Assembly (NCBI GenBank): GCA_017499595.2
Contig: CM039002.1
Coordinates: forward strand, 1,612,001-1,676,000
Direction: 5' to 3'
From: Psilocybe cubensis
Taxonomy: Eukaryota
DNA length: 64,000 nt
Shown here piece by piece: positions 27,586 to 40,220 of the stretch; the stretch's first letter is position 1; the number at the start of each line of letters is the position of its first letter. The position numbers and the translations under genes were made by a program. The notes under the pieces are model-generated. The model searched no databases. It was not told the DNA's origin and saw only the letters and a program-made list of their open reading frames with translations.

Positions 27586-29773
27586 ATGACCAAAAGTCCT
27601 ATACCTCAAGATCGCGCCCAATTCGCGACTACTGCCCGTCTTTTATCATGCCTTGTGACGGAATCTCTCACTCCAGCCTTTTATATACCTCAAAGAAATC
27701 CTACACATGGAGGATTTGCTGTCATTTTGAAAGGCGGACGCTCTTTCAATAAATCATTGGCCGCCAATGATATTCTTGCTCTCGTTCCTCTTCACCACCC
27801 CCCAATCATAAATCCAGAAACAAAAACTGATGTGGCTGCAGCTGAGATCGGCTTACTCGACCCTCTGGATATGATGCCCATGGTTTTCGAAACAGAAGAA
27901 TTCCCCCCAGAGGAACCTCAGCAGGACAGGTGCCTCTCCAATCCAGTAAGAGTCTTCGATGCCATGCGTGATTATTTCTGATATGTTTCAGTGCATCGCA
28001 ATTATGTCTTCTCTTTTGGAGATGCTTAAGTATGTCTGCGCTATTCATCTCGAAGAATACCAGATACGTCTATCGTCAGATGCCCTGTCTATCTGGAACA
28101 AGTTCGCAATTAGCCAAAATCTCGATCGTGAAATCCAAATGGATATTGCTCAAGAACTATCGAGTTCTGTTAAATGGCAAGGTATGCTGGTTGATATTTC
28201 ACTCACTGACAAGAAGTTCTAACTATCTTTTGTTTTTAAGCTCATTCGTACGAGAATCCTCCAAATGCCCCTTCGTTTTTGTCTCCTAGCATTCAGTGGG
28301 AACAATCCATCGTCGAAGGCCATCCTACTCACCCTGTGAATGCAGTTTTGAAAATTTCCTAGATATATTGCTGAATAATCATTTGTCAAGATGCACAAGA
28401 CACGTCGATTTCTACCTCCACTAAAAGACTATTCCCCCGGCTCATACGATCTACTCCATCCAAGATTACGCTTCGTATCGATACCCCGCGAAAATTTAAA
28501 AGTTACGTACGATTTCGAAGGACTGACTCTTCCGGTTCTCAAACTTGCATCCCAACGAGCCGGAAAGGATTTGTCCGTTGAGGAACATTGTATTGCTATC
28601 CCGGTACATGAACTTCAAATCGCGCATATTCGAGATAAATTTCCAGAAGCGTACATCTACCCTGAAGAGTTTAGCCTTCCTTTGTTGGCCCAACAAAGCT
28701 TGAGGTATACCATCGGTTGCCAATAGTCTTCCAGATGAACTGATTATTGAGCTAGATCTGTTATCGTACCTGATGCATATCGTGGGCTGCATCTCAAACT
28801 GGGAGTGGGAGTCAAGCTCACTTCTGCAGTTCGAACCATTTCACCCGAATCAGCATATCTGGGGCCTCGTTTTTCTGCCCAAGTTGTTCCCAAATTGACA
28901 ATGGATCGAAATATCGTCACGGTAGCAAGAGAATTGGCCAGTGTGGTGCATGCGCATCCTAACGGGGAGATAGCAAAGCACTGCGCTGCCATCGTCAGAG
29001 AGTGCCACGAGGACACAAGCGATACTCGAGGGGAACGGTTAATCGTCTGCACTTCCCTAGTGGAAAGTGGTCATGCTGGAAAGGACGGTCATCTTCCCTC
29101 CGTGGTCCGCGTGTTTGGATTAGATACAGAAGAAAAGTGTGCTCAGTGGTTCGAGAAGTGAATTTCCTTCTTTGTGGCCTGGCGATTTTGTTGACGCATC
29201 ATGTGCAGATTCGCCGCACTCTTCCTTCAAGCTTTCTTGCCTCCAATGCTTCACAATGGGGTGGCTTTCGAATGCCATCCACAGAATTGTGTTGCCAGGT
29301 TTGACCTCGAAACCAAAGAATTAAAAGGTTTCATTGTTCGCGACTTTGGTGGTCTTCGTGTGCACCCCGAGACGCTCAAGGCAACTGCAGGAGTAGAAAT
29401 TGATTTCATGGCAGGCCACTCAATTATCGCGTCAACTTTGGATGGTGTGTATACGAGAATGTATCACACGATAATTCACAATCATTTCCAGCAACTCATT
29501 CGCGTTCTCGGACTTCACTACAGTGGTCGCGGTTGGGCCATTGTTCGCGAACAATTAAAGATCCAGATACCTCCAGACCACCCGCTATACGAATCGTGGC
29601 TCTCACCAGAAAGAAGGACACTCCCAGGGAAATGCTTTATGCGAATGAGAATGTCCTCCATGTACCGTTTCGTGAGTTCTTTCTAAATCTTTTTATCTGC
29701 TTTTGTTAAAATTGGCCTTTAGCATCTCCACGGGCCATTCCCGAATCTTATTCACTATACGGGCTCAACCTAA
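27586..29773 (+). CDS. IucA/IucC family NRPS-independent siderophore synthetase (copy 1), multi-exon
   Basis: FATTARLLSCLVTE, WEQSIVEGHPTHP|MHKTR, PVHELQ, AQQSLR|SV, LKLGVGVKLTSAVRTIS, GVAFECHPQN, RDFGGLRVH, LPGKCFMRMRM. Confidence 0.92.
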
Positions 29774-29928
29774 ACCGAGAAACCGCCGTACGGTCAGGAA
29801 AGAAGAAGTGCTTACTCATGTATTATATTTCTGTGATCATAAACTCGGAGCTGGGAAATATACAGAACAACTGTGCATAAGGCAAACATAGAAGCTTCGC
29901 GGAGTTCGAATTGCATTGGCCATGAACG

Positions 29929-29946
29929 CTCATGAACGTTCATGAG
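29929..29946. repeat. Perfect 18-bp palindrome CTCATGAACGTTCATGAG within a CATGAACG tandem
   Basis: Read directly from the sequence; the reverse complement is identical. Confidence 0.8.
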
Positions 29947-30553
29947 TTTACACCCACAGTTAACCGTGCTCCTTCTCTTTCAGCATTTACACCAGTTTCA
30001 ACAGTCCCCATTCTCGAGTCTAGGAATGCAAATAGGATCTCACAGGTGTTGGAAGTGAATCCTCCAATGTGCATGCCGAATTTCCAATACAATGTCATTG
30101 AACCAATGGAATGAAATTTACACAGATGTGTGATTTTTGCGTGGGTACCATCCAGCCTGAAGTATATGGGGCTTGTCATACTGAGATTCGGAGAACAGAA
30201 TCCCCAAAATGATCATCGACATCGATTGGACCCAGGTCGCTGCCCATTGTAACTTGATGCTTGATGCAGATGTCCCGCTGCTTAGTACTTGTCACTAAAC
30301 CGCAGCGGCTCCGGGGACATCCCCCCTTTGAAGTTTGTATCGACATATTGTGTACTCTCCTTCAGCACTTCAGGCAATACCTACCTTATGATTTGGTCAA
30401 GTTCTTACACTTTGCAATGCATGGCGCCTTTCGGGTTTTGTCTGGTTTTGTGCACTACCGTAGGCACCGTGGAACTCTCCAACACGTTTCGTTACAAGCC
30501 GAGGCTCGGCTTGTGAACATCACGTTTAGTCATGAGAGATGTCTACATCTTCT

Positions 30554-30564
30554 TTATCAGATAA
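30554..30564. promoter_or_regulatory. TTATCAGATAA palindromic double-GATA site (ATCWGATAA on both strands)
   Basis: Inverted TTATC-W-GATAA ~520 nt upstream of the second NIS synthetase ATG. Confidence 0.6.
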
Positions 30565-31083
30565 CGACAATCTCGCCTTACTCATGCCCGTCCCAAAGAC
30601 GTGCTCGCATCTAGTCTGCCATTTTCGAATTTTGCCCGCGCAGGCCAATATATATATATTACAGTGATTTACTGAATAAAAGGGACACTCCATTTCTGCT
30701 GTGCCTAACCCCCTAATCAGCAAAAATTTCAAAAACTTCACAAACAGACTTCCAAAGTGAGTTTTTTGAACCTTGTTACTCCAAATTTAATCCCAAGACA
30801 AATTGCTTTAACGTCGAACTATCTAGATCAATAACTGTGCCAAAATACCAGAGAGTCCCCCGTCGATTCCACAGTGGTCTTCATCTTGGAGAGATCGCCA
30901 TCGGTGTATCCGTACAATTGAATTCCAATTGGTATGCACCTGTTCTTCATTCGCGCCAGATAAACTTTGAACGGGCCGCGACTCCAGTAGCTGCGAAACA
31001 ATCGCACATAACTTTCAAAACACCAAAGCTCGACGACATAAATTTCTCAAATCCAATAAACTCCTTCGTCAATCATCCCTCAG

Positions 31084-33345
31084 ATGTCTTCAGAACCTCC
31101 TCGCGATCGCGCGTCGTTTGCGGTAATGTCGCGCCTTATATCATGCCTTGTCACGGAACAAATTCTTCGGGCCTTTTACGTGCCAATGAAGAAACCTACC
31201 CATGAGGTTGCTGGCCTCCTTGTTGTACTTTCTACGCACACTATCTCGGAGGACTTCAAAGTCTCTCGCACGTTCCACACCCGCGACATTTTTGTCATTG
31301 TGCAGCTGAACCATAAACCAGTGCTCAAGGATGTTCAAATACACAGAGGTAGTCAGCTTGTTGGCCTCGTGGACCCGATGGATATGATTTCACCCATCTA
31401 TGAGTTCCAAGATGATCGGAATGTAAATGATAATGTATGTTTCATCTCTTCTGGACATACTATGTTCACAGCGCCTCATGATATGTTCAGGATATTTTTG
31501 TCGAATCTGTTCTGGAAAGCCTTAGTTCTCCTCCTTGGGATATAGAGACATGCGGGTCCTTATATCTGGTTTCCGATCCCGTAGCTCTGTGGAAGAAATT
31601 CGTAGAAACTGTCATCATAGCAGACGAGCTCCGAGACATTATCGCCCTTGAACTCCAGAGTTCACTTGATTGGCAAAGTTAGTGCATTACCAACGTATTT
31701 GCTTACTGTATCTGATGTCTGGGACAGCAATATCATACGAAAATCCTCCCTTGTGTCCAAGTCTACAATCAGCTTCTATTGATTGGGAACAAAGTCTAGT
31801 TGCTGGACATCCAACACACCCGGTATAGTCGCTTTTGTCACTTCAAACTTATTTGAGCATGCACTAAAATCTTGCGAAAAGATGCATAGGGCAAGAATGT
31901 TTCTTAACAATGACGAATCGTCCTTGGAATACGATTGGTATCATCCCCACGTTCGATTTGTCCGAGTACCGGCTCGAAGCCTAGACGTCCTTGGTCAATT
32001 TCGAGACATAAGCAACGCAATGGTCACAAAGGCTGCCACCAAAGCTGGAAGATCAATATTGATCGACAACGACTATATTTATATGCCCGTCCATGAGTTG
32101 CAGATTATCAATATCACTTCGAAGTTTAAAGATGTTGATGTTCTTGACGAAGACATCTTCCTTCCTGCTCTTGCTCAATCAAGCATCAGGCGAGTCAATC
32201 AGCTGGCTCAATGATGTCACAGAAACTCACATAGACCAACAGGACTGTGGTGATACCTGATTTTCCCGCTATTGCCCTCAAGCTGGCAGTAGGAGTCAAG
32301 ATATCATCTTCACTGCGTACAATCTCTCACTTTACCGCCAACTTCGGGCCTCGATTTTCCGAGGAGATTGTTCCGAAATTAGCTGTAAACCCAGCCATTC
32401 TGGCAGTGGAGCTTGAATCGAGCAGCGCAGTTTATCGCTGTGATGATCCGGAACTTTCCAAACATTTCACAGCAGTCATCAGGGATGAATATAAACCAAG
32501 GGAAGGCGAAACGGTTATAGTATGTGCGGCCTTATTGGAAGCCGGCCACGCCAACGTGCCTACCGGTATCTCTGCCGTTCAACATACATTTCAACTCGAC
32601 ACGGAAGAAAAAAGGGCATCGTTTTTAGATAGGTGGGCATGTTTTTGACCATTCAGAATCTCTAAAAATTGACTAAAGAGACAGATACATCCGGATTGCC
32701 TGCGAAGCCTTGTTACCTGCTCTCGTCAAAAACGGTGTCGCCTTTGAAGCCCACGCGCAAAATATTCTTGCTCGGTTTGATCTTGAAACCGGACAACTAC
32801 AAGGCTTCATTTTTCGAGACCTGGGAGGCCTGCGCATTCACCCCGAAACACTTCGCAATTCCACTGGTGTTGACTTCCAGTTTCTTCCCGGGCATTGCGT
32901 CGCAACTAAGTCTCTCGAAGAGATATATCCTAAATTTTATCATACCTTCGTGCACAACCACATTCAGCGGTTGTCGAGATTGCTTGGTCTTCACCACAAT
33001 GGGCGGGGATACGAGATGCTCAGGAAACACATGGGCTCAGTTATCCCTGAGAACCACCCAGTTTGGAAAGTATGGATGGATCCAACAAGCACTACCGTTG
33101 ACTCCAAATGTTTAATGCGGATGCGGATGCGTGATTCGTATCGAGATGTGAGATTTCAAAGTAACGTTTCTATGAACAAATTTCACTGAGCTTTATGATA
33201 GATGGTTTACAGCCCGTATCCCAACATGATCCAATACCGACCCACGCCAGAAGTGTCTACAGCGGACAAAAGCTACTGGTCAATCACCAAGCTGTTGGTG
33301 GATTATATGTCTTTTATTCGAGCCAGCCTCTTTGGCGGCAAGTAA
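31084..33345 (+). CDS. IucA/IucC family NRPS-independent siderophore synthetase (copy 2), multi-exon
   Basis: FAVMSRLISCLVTE, WEQSLVAGHPTHP|MHRAR, PVHELQ, AQSSIR|TV, LKLAVGVKISSSLRTIS, GVAFEAHAQN, RDLGGLRIH, KCLMRMRM; intron positions match copy 1. Confidence 0.92.
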
Positions 33346-33647
33346 TTAAAGCATTCACCTATATCTTTTGCAAATGTATATCCCACTACTGTTGTAGACT
33401 TTATAACTATTTCAAAACGTATATCCAATGACACTTGGTGTTGTATAACTTGCAAGTTGTGGTCAAATTGCTGACTGTGAGAGAGTTCATGTCACTGTGA
33501 AATAACGTGAGAAGAAGTATGTACATGAACGATTGACCGCATCCAACACAGGTCTGTTGTCATAATGATTCGACATTTCTCTGCGGTCTCCACAGGGGTA
33601 ACAAGGGTGCCCACACAGCTTTAGTGGTAATTTCGCTGCTTCCACCC

Positions 33648-33654
33648 TATATAA
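33648..33654 (+). promoter_or_regulatory. TATA box candidate (TATATAA)
   Basis: ~95 nt upstream of the C2-protein ATG at 33750. Confidence 0.4.
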
Positions 33655-33749
33655 GCCACCAGATCCGGTCCATGGTTGCTTTTGAATAAAGGTTATCTCG
33701 CATTCCGCATTCTATTTACGACCCCTCACGGACATCATCGTGCTATCCG

Positions 33750-35697
33750 ATGAACAAAACCAAATCCCCGATCGATTTGAACGATAAAATCAACAAAGAA
33801 GACGAAATCGGCACACTTATCGTCGTTCTTCTTAAAGCTAGGAATCTCAACGACAAGCATTCGTTCCGGAAATCTGATGTCTTTGCGCAAGCAACTCTAA
33901 ATGGTGCATTTCCATTCTCCATAAGCTCATCGTCGCTTTATATCTGATCATATCGACATTTTCATGTTTTTCTATGTTAAGGCATTCAGAAACGTACTCA
34001 TGTGGACATCAAGGGCGGTCAGCGCCCTGAGTGGGATGGGGAAGTCAGATTTACAATTGTAAAGCATAAAGCAGAAAAGTATAGGAAGCTGGAAGTGGCC
34101 TGCTATTCTCAAGAGCCACGATCGGAGGATCTTATGGGACAAGGGTTTGTCGATATCTCAGAGACGCTACGAACAGGCGAATTCGACGGCGAGTTCATTG
34201 TTCTTTTATGTTATCATTCTGCGCCGATACTAACTGCAGAGGAATTTGATAGACTGGGTGCCTCTAGAAGTTGATGGAGTCCAACGAGGAGAGTTGTATC
34301 TGGAGATGACCTATTATGCAAACAAGGCAGCTCCGACGGGACCTCCGGTGCCCAACAAACAACTTGCTGCTGTGCAGGCTCAAAACAATCTTACTAGACG
34401 TCCCTCAAAATTGTCACCTGCGGATCGACTATCACGTCCACAGCAGACAGCAGCGGCGGTGCAATACGCCCAAGTACACTCTGTACCTGGGCCAACTTCG
34501 GGTGCTCCTTCCTCCCGACCTCATCAACAACACTACCCATCTCAAGCCATCAATAACCAAGGCTTCAACCCCCAAGCAAATGCACTGCCTACAAGCCTTG
34601 TACCGACACATCCTGCAAGTACCGGATCATCACCCAAGGGCAAGCAAGATGCCCTGCCCTCCCCCTTTCCCGAGCATAGAAGGGCTGAAAGCCTAGGTAT
34701 CACTCAGCAGCCCCAAAGTGCTGTGCCTTTGCCGACTATTCTCCGTCCGGGAGCGAATGGCAGCACAACTCCACCATCAGCGTCGGGAGGTCCTCGTCCT
34801 ATTGGTCAAGGACACGTTCGTCACCATTCACAAGGGCAAGGTGAATCGTCCGCTCCTAATGCATATATCCCCGGGACCAGCGCCACTTCGCAGAATCCTT
34901 ACATCGGAGGTGCTACCACACCTCCAAGAAATCATGGCAACACATACGTAGGAGGGAATACAACTTCTGGGTCTACCAATCCATATGTTGCGAAGAATGG
35001 CTCTCCTCCCAGCAGCCATGCTAATCCTTATGTGGGTAGCAATATTCTACCCAGCTCAGGCTTGGGACCGGGTCGGGCACAATCTGTTTTAGGATACGGA
35101 TCACCTCCTCCCAGTGGCCCTCCGCTTCTCTGGCAGCAAAGTACTTCATGCCAGTCCGATGGATCGTTCTCGTTCCCAATGCCCATGATCGTACCACCTT
35201 CACAGGAGCAAATTCCTCATCAGTCGTTCTCCACATTTAGTGAGCATAACGGGGACCATACTGGTGGTAGGGCAGGGCAGCATTATCATCATCGACCTAC
35301 CCATCGAGTTTCGTCGTCTCGCGAGGAACAATTTGACCCGTATCTACAAGCGAGGTATCAGTCTCCGTTGCCATTGCCTCCTGGGGTATCTGCTTCCTCA
35401 TCCTCTATCGCGCCAACTCGGCCAGCACCCCCTACTCCAGCACCCACAACCACTGCGCCAGCACCAGCACCATCAACCCGGGTACCTACGCCTCCACCAA
35501 AGACTGACGTTACTCCCGGACCAGATAAACGGCGACTTGAGGCACTACGCAGGGCTGAGGAAGAGGCAGCACGACGGCGAGAACAGGAACTGAAAGACTT
35601 GGAGCTCGCCATGCAATTGGACCGAGAATTGAATTTAACAGAAGAAAGGGCGAGTGGCGCTAATGGCGACCCGCCAATTCCTGGAAGGTGGCAATAA
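33750..35697 (+). CDS. N-terminal C2-domain protein with Pro-rich tail (Fic1/Inn1-like cytokinesis protein), 3 exons
   Basis: IGTLIVVLLKARNL, DIKGGQRPEWDGEVRF, GEFD|DWVPL...RGELYLEMTYY; long PxxP-rich disordered tail; C-terminal UIM-like DLELAMQL. Confidence 0.8.
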
Positions 35698-36188
35698 CAA
35701 TCTAATTCATCTATACCACGGTGCTAGAACTGGAAAACAGGAGGGATTGTTTATCTGTGATTTAATGTTATTTTTAAAGACCCATTTAGTGGAGTTATGA
35801 TATACAAGTAACATATTTATACAGATGTATTTTTTATTTTTATTTTTTTTTATTTTGTGTTATAGCCTCTGAGGGGGGGGGGGCCTCCCTTGGCTTAGTA
35901 CAGTTTTTCTACCTAATACGCCCCTTTGCGTTTTCCCTCATCGATCCTCCTCTGCGCCATGGAGGGCCCTCACGTCCCTCCTCAAGGCCCAGCCTATCCA
36001 GACTGTTTGAGGTGGCATCTCCGGATACAGATGTATTAGATGTAATAACGCAGTGTAGTCCACATACAAACTACTAAAGCAAATCAGTACAGAAAGCGAG
36101 AAAGCAACGCTAATAAAAATCCCGTTGTGGTGATGGATGTACAATTGGTAGATACATGCAGAAAATAAGTGTGTAGGTTTCGAACATC

Positions 36189-37216
36189 TCAAATAACTTG
36201 GGCCATTTGGTTGTCATTTTGTATGTTAGTTCGGCTGGGGTGTGCAAGTGCCTTCAATTCTCCTTTTTCGACGTTTTTGGACAGACGGAGATCGTAGAAG
36301 AAAGTAAGGAGATAAAACGTGAACCCGAATGCAATGATCCATTCTAATACCGCTGAATACGGATTTCAGTAGACGGAAATGACAATTTTTAATAAGAAAA
36401 TACCTCCAGCGTCGGGGGCATGAAATAGCGTTATACCAAATGCGATAGCGAGGATAATTAGAGTGATGGCTATGATTGCTTTAGCGAAGTATGCGATCCG
36501 GAGCCTTGATTGGTCCACAAAGTCTTTGCTGACCCATCGGTACTGTATTGAATAAAATTACGTTAATTTACGGAATGGGGTAGAGGAACCTTGAAAATTA
36601 TAAGCGCATACCTCCATAATGGAGAAGATGGCGCTTAACGCAACGCCAACAATAAAGACCAAAAGGAATACACGATGGGCCCTCGAAAAGCGCTTGGTAT
36701 CGAATATGGAAAGAAACAGGAGCCCCACGGCGCCAATGAGCGAGCCTATAATGGCAAGTATGCTGAACACGCGCTCGCGTCTGCGCATATTGGGCATCAA
36801 TCTGGAGAAAAGACGCAGTCCGCATTAGTCAATTTCGACCGGGAATGCTTGTGTGGCGCACAGGAGTCCCTGTCGGCTGCAGTTTGACGCCATCACGACA
36901 GCGAAGCCCTTGTGCGGGACCGAACTTGAGCTTGCTTTGCTTACCTCCCTGTGTGCCGCAATAGGCGCCCAGTCACGAGTGTCAAGAAAAAACCGACGCC
37001 TGTAATCGCGCATCCGGTTATGAAGAGGGGCTTGAGCTTGTCCGCACCGACGTCTGAGATGTACGCGATCGAGCCCTCCTGTGAGACGTACTTGGGGCGC
37101 CCCGACGCGAGCCACACGATGAGCATCGCGAGCAGCGTGGAGAACCACATGGCGGCGGCGGCGACGGGGATCCAGACATAGGCCCAGTGTTGGTAGCGCA
37201 GTGGTATGTGTGTCAT
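36189..37216 (-). CDS. Frag1/DRAM/Sfk1 family membrane protein, multi-exon
   Basis: IAYISDVGADKLKPLFI, LSIFDTKRFSRAH, VLEWIIAFGFTFYLLTFFYDL; about 6 TM segments. Confidence 0.88.
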
Positions 37217-38672
37217 AAAGGTCACTTTTTGTGAGGGGCTGGTGGATGGGCTACCCTGACTAAAGCACCCCTAGCGATCGAGAGATATTTCGTTCGCGTC
37301 CGTGATGTCATGGTTTCTCACGACAATTGTGGGTGCTACTTACAGCATTCATGCATCATGGTACTCTCTACACCATTGATTATAATTAAACACGATTACC
37401 TACGAAACTCTATAATGACTATTGGGGCTGACCTAAATACAACACTCTATGCCGCCTGCCGATGAACACTATGAATACTCTGGGTCGCATATCATCCATC
37501 ATCAAAAGCACAGGGCAGGAGCACGGTAAGGCATTTATGTAAGATATGGGCATACGATTGTTCCACCAGAACACCGAACGTTCGCAAACAGTATAGGCTG
37601 TAGGACTAATGTTCCTGTCGAATCGTAGTCCTGAAGACACTCAACGTCAATCTAAGAACCCCCTTTCCACTATGACATACAGAACTCTTCACGGTAAGGC
37701 TAATTGTTGATATATTTGCTTCATCTTATCCGGTGGATACTTTTTCCTGAGAAAAAGTGCCAGGAACACCTTCGCGACATCGATGCGTTTCTCCCACATA
37801 CGCATGAGGCATAAATGCTAGATTACAAAATGGCTCGACCGGGAGCCCCGGGAGCGCATCCATTCCCAAAAGGCATTAGAAACGGTAAAAAGGGAGTTAT
37901 TTACGAAAAGAATCATGTGTAATGTAGAAAACAATTGCAGGATGGTATCGAGATCCAGAGCAAAAAAATGTTCTGAATGAAAATGCTGGCATGAGGGAGT
38001 CATCAAGTGACCTTAGTCATATAGGGTTTTTTATATTAATAAGATTTTATGTCTGAAAAACAGTCCTAATTTAGTAAGAAGTTGACACAATCGTATCACT
38101 GGACTTGCCTTATAAAATTAACAAAGCTTATGTATCATCGCGTCACAAACGGACAAATCGGAGTTTCGGGTTTTGGAACAAAAACTTCTAAGGAAAAATT
38201 AACCAAATAAGTACAGAGCTTGATGAGATTACCCGCCTAAAAAATGACCAGTGCTTACCGAAGGGGGTCATACAAGTGCGGCAAAGCATGTCAGCGAGTT
38301 GTAAGCAGGGAAAACCTAAGAGCGGTAAACCCGAGTACAGGTGGTGGAGTTTGATGGTCAAATGGCATTGTAGCGAATTCAAAGCAAGCAAGTGGAGGAT
38401 AGTAGCATAGCAAGGAAAGGCTTTGCAACTAACGGCTAAAGAATTACAAGCACTGAGCAGCTGAGAGAAAACATAGAAGAGGAAAAAGAGGATATACAGC
38501 CTACAAGAAAAGAGGAAAACATAAGAAGAGAAAGAGGAGATGACGCAGATGATCAAGAGGGGTAAAATGGATAACGAGACGAAGAAAGAAAGTAATAAGT
38601 TGATGCAATCCAAACAAAAGTCACTTAAGCTTCGTAACTAGAATAGAGGGGCCATGTAGGGAGGTGGTCGAA

Positions 38673-39654
38673 TCAAGCAACAAGGACTGTGTCGGCGACA
38701 GGACCTGAGAATGGAGATGAAGGATTATGCGATCCAGCGACAGCAAGTTTCTTGAAAATCTGTGATAGCGAGCGGGCTTTGGCTTGAGCGAACAATACGG
38801 GAACTTGAAAATACGCATTTCTTACCTGTACAAACACATCCGAAGATTGACCGCCACTGACAGCCCATTTGCCGTCGATAATCGTCATTGGGACTCCAGT
38901 GATGCCTTTCGAACGCGCCTCATTGGTCATAGAGTCAACTTCCTTCTCGAGTTCGTCCGACTCCAAGAACTTGATAGCCTGGTTAAAAAAAACAAACCAT
39001 CAGTAACCAACAACAATCAGCACAAGACAATAGTAACACACTTCTTCTTTGGACATGGTTCCAGTGCTTTCAGCAAGTCCAGCCAGGACATTGATATCGG
39101 CAATGTCTTGCCCTTCTTCCATGTACGCCTTGAAAACGGCACACATGAGAGGGATTTGTTTCGATTGTCTGCCGAGTTTGTACGCCTTCTGGCACAGGCG
39201 ATGGGCCCGGGTGGTCTGGCTCATGACACCGCGGAATGATCTGTAACAGACGATGAGCAAGACGACGAGAATGAAGAACTGAACGGTGCGCACATAGGAA
39301 TGCCCTTTTCCTCAGCCCATTTAGACACGGCATCGGACATCTTGGTGAATTTTTCCTTGCCGATATGGGTCATCAAGAAATCGGCCTTGTCGACTTTGGT
39401 GCAGTCATCTGGGAGGATGCTGGGGTTTATGAGACGGAATGGGAGGTGCTCAATCTCAAATTGAAGAGGAAGATGAAGGGTATCCTGGCAGTAGGAAACA
39501 GCATTTAAAAGTTCATGTTGGCCGACACAGCAGTTTGCACAAGTCTAAATGCGAACCGAGCGTAAGCGAGACATCCTAGAAGGGCGATTATGGGCATATC
39601 CGGAATACTCACGAAATCGGTGAGGACAGTCAATTTAACAAGGCGGGTAGCCAT
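38673..39654 (-). CDS. DSBA-like thioredoxin (FrnE-type) protein, multi-exon
   Basis: Spliced LTDF|TCANCCVGQHEL, FEIEHLPFRLI, TTRAHRL, GITGVPMTIIDGKWAVSGGQ. Confidence 0.88.
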
Positions 39655-40220
39655 GGTTGTAGACGACGTTGATGTTGATAAGTCAAGGGAGGGAAAGCGA
39701 AGATATATAGTGGTGTTATGAGAGGGATTTCACAGAGAGGAGGAACATGGATTATGAAAGGGGTACACAACAGCCGCTGACTGTGCTTATAGATCGACAA
39801 ACGGATCGGAGCGCATTCAATTCCATCTTAGTCACAGTCACACACGATGACAAACCCCCACATTCCTACTTTCTTGTCCTTTCTCACGCTTTCCGCCCGT
39901 ATCCTTGTCTCTTTCCGGTCAATTTCTTACCAAGGACCCCCTCCTCTAGCCATCCCCATCGGCCACATTCCATCTCCTTCACTCGGTCTCCCGCCCCGCC
40001 GACAATCCAGTGCACGAATCGCTTCATTATCCAGCCTAGTCTAATACTTCTAGCATCGCACACAGTTAACCCGGATTCACCTTTTGCTTGTCTAAGCTGC
40101 TCTCACCGAGCCTGCTCTCGCCCGCTGCCGGTCCCACACACCGCCACAGAACCACCTCGTATGACCAAGATAATCCACCAAAAATGCAAAATCGGGCAAA
40201 AAGGTCACGCTATCCAGAAA

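Noticed and set aside
35821-35890. T-rich tract and G11 run between the convergent C2 and Sfk1-family genes
   Set aside because: Simple homopolymers in a 3'/terminator region; no TIRs or target-site duplication to suggest a mobile element.
38188-38613. Hydrophobic 141-aa minus-strand ORF
   Set aside because: Arises from the pyrimidine-rich 3' UTR region of the DSBA gene; F/L/S bias is compositional.
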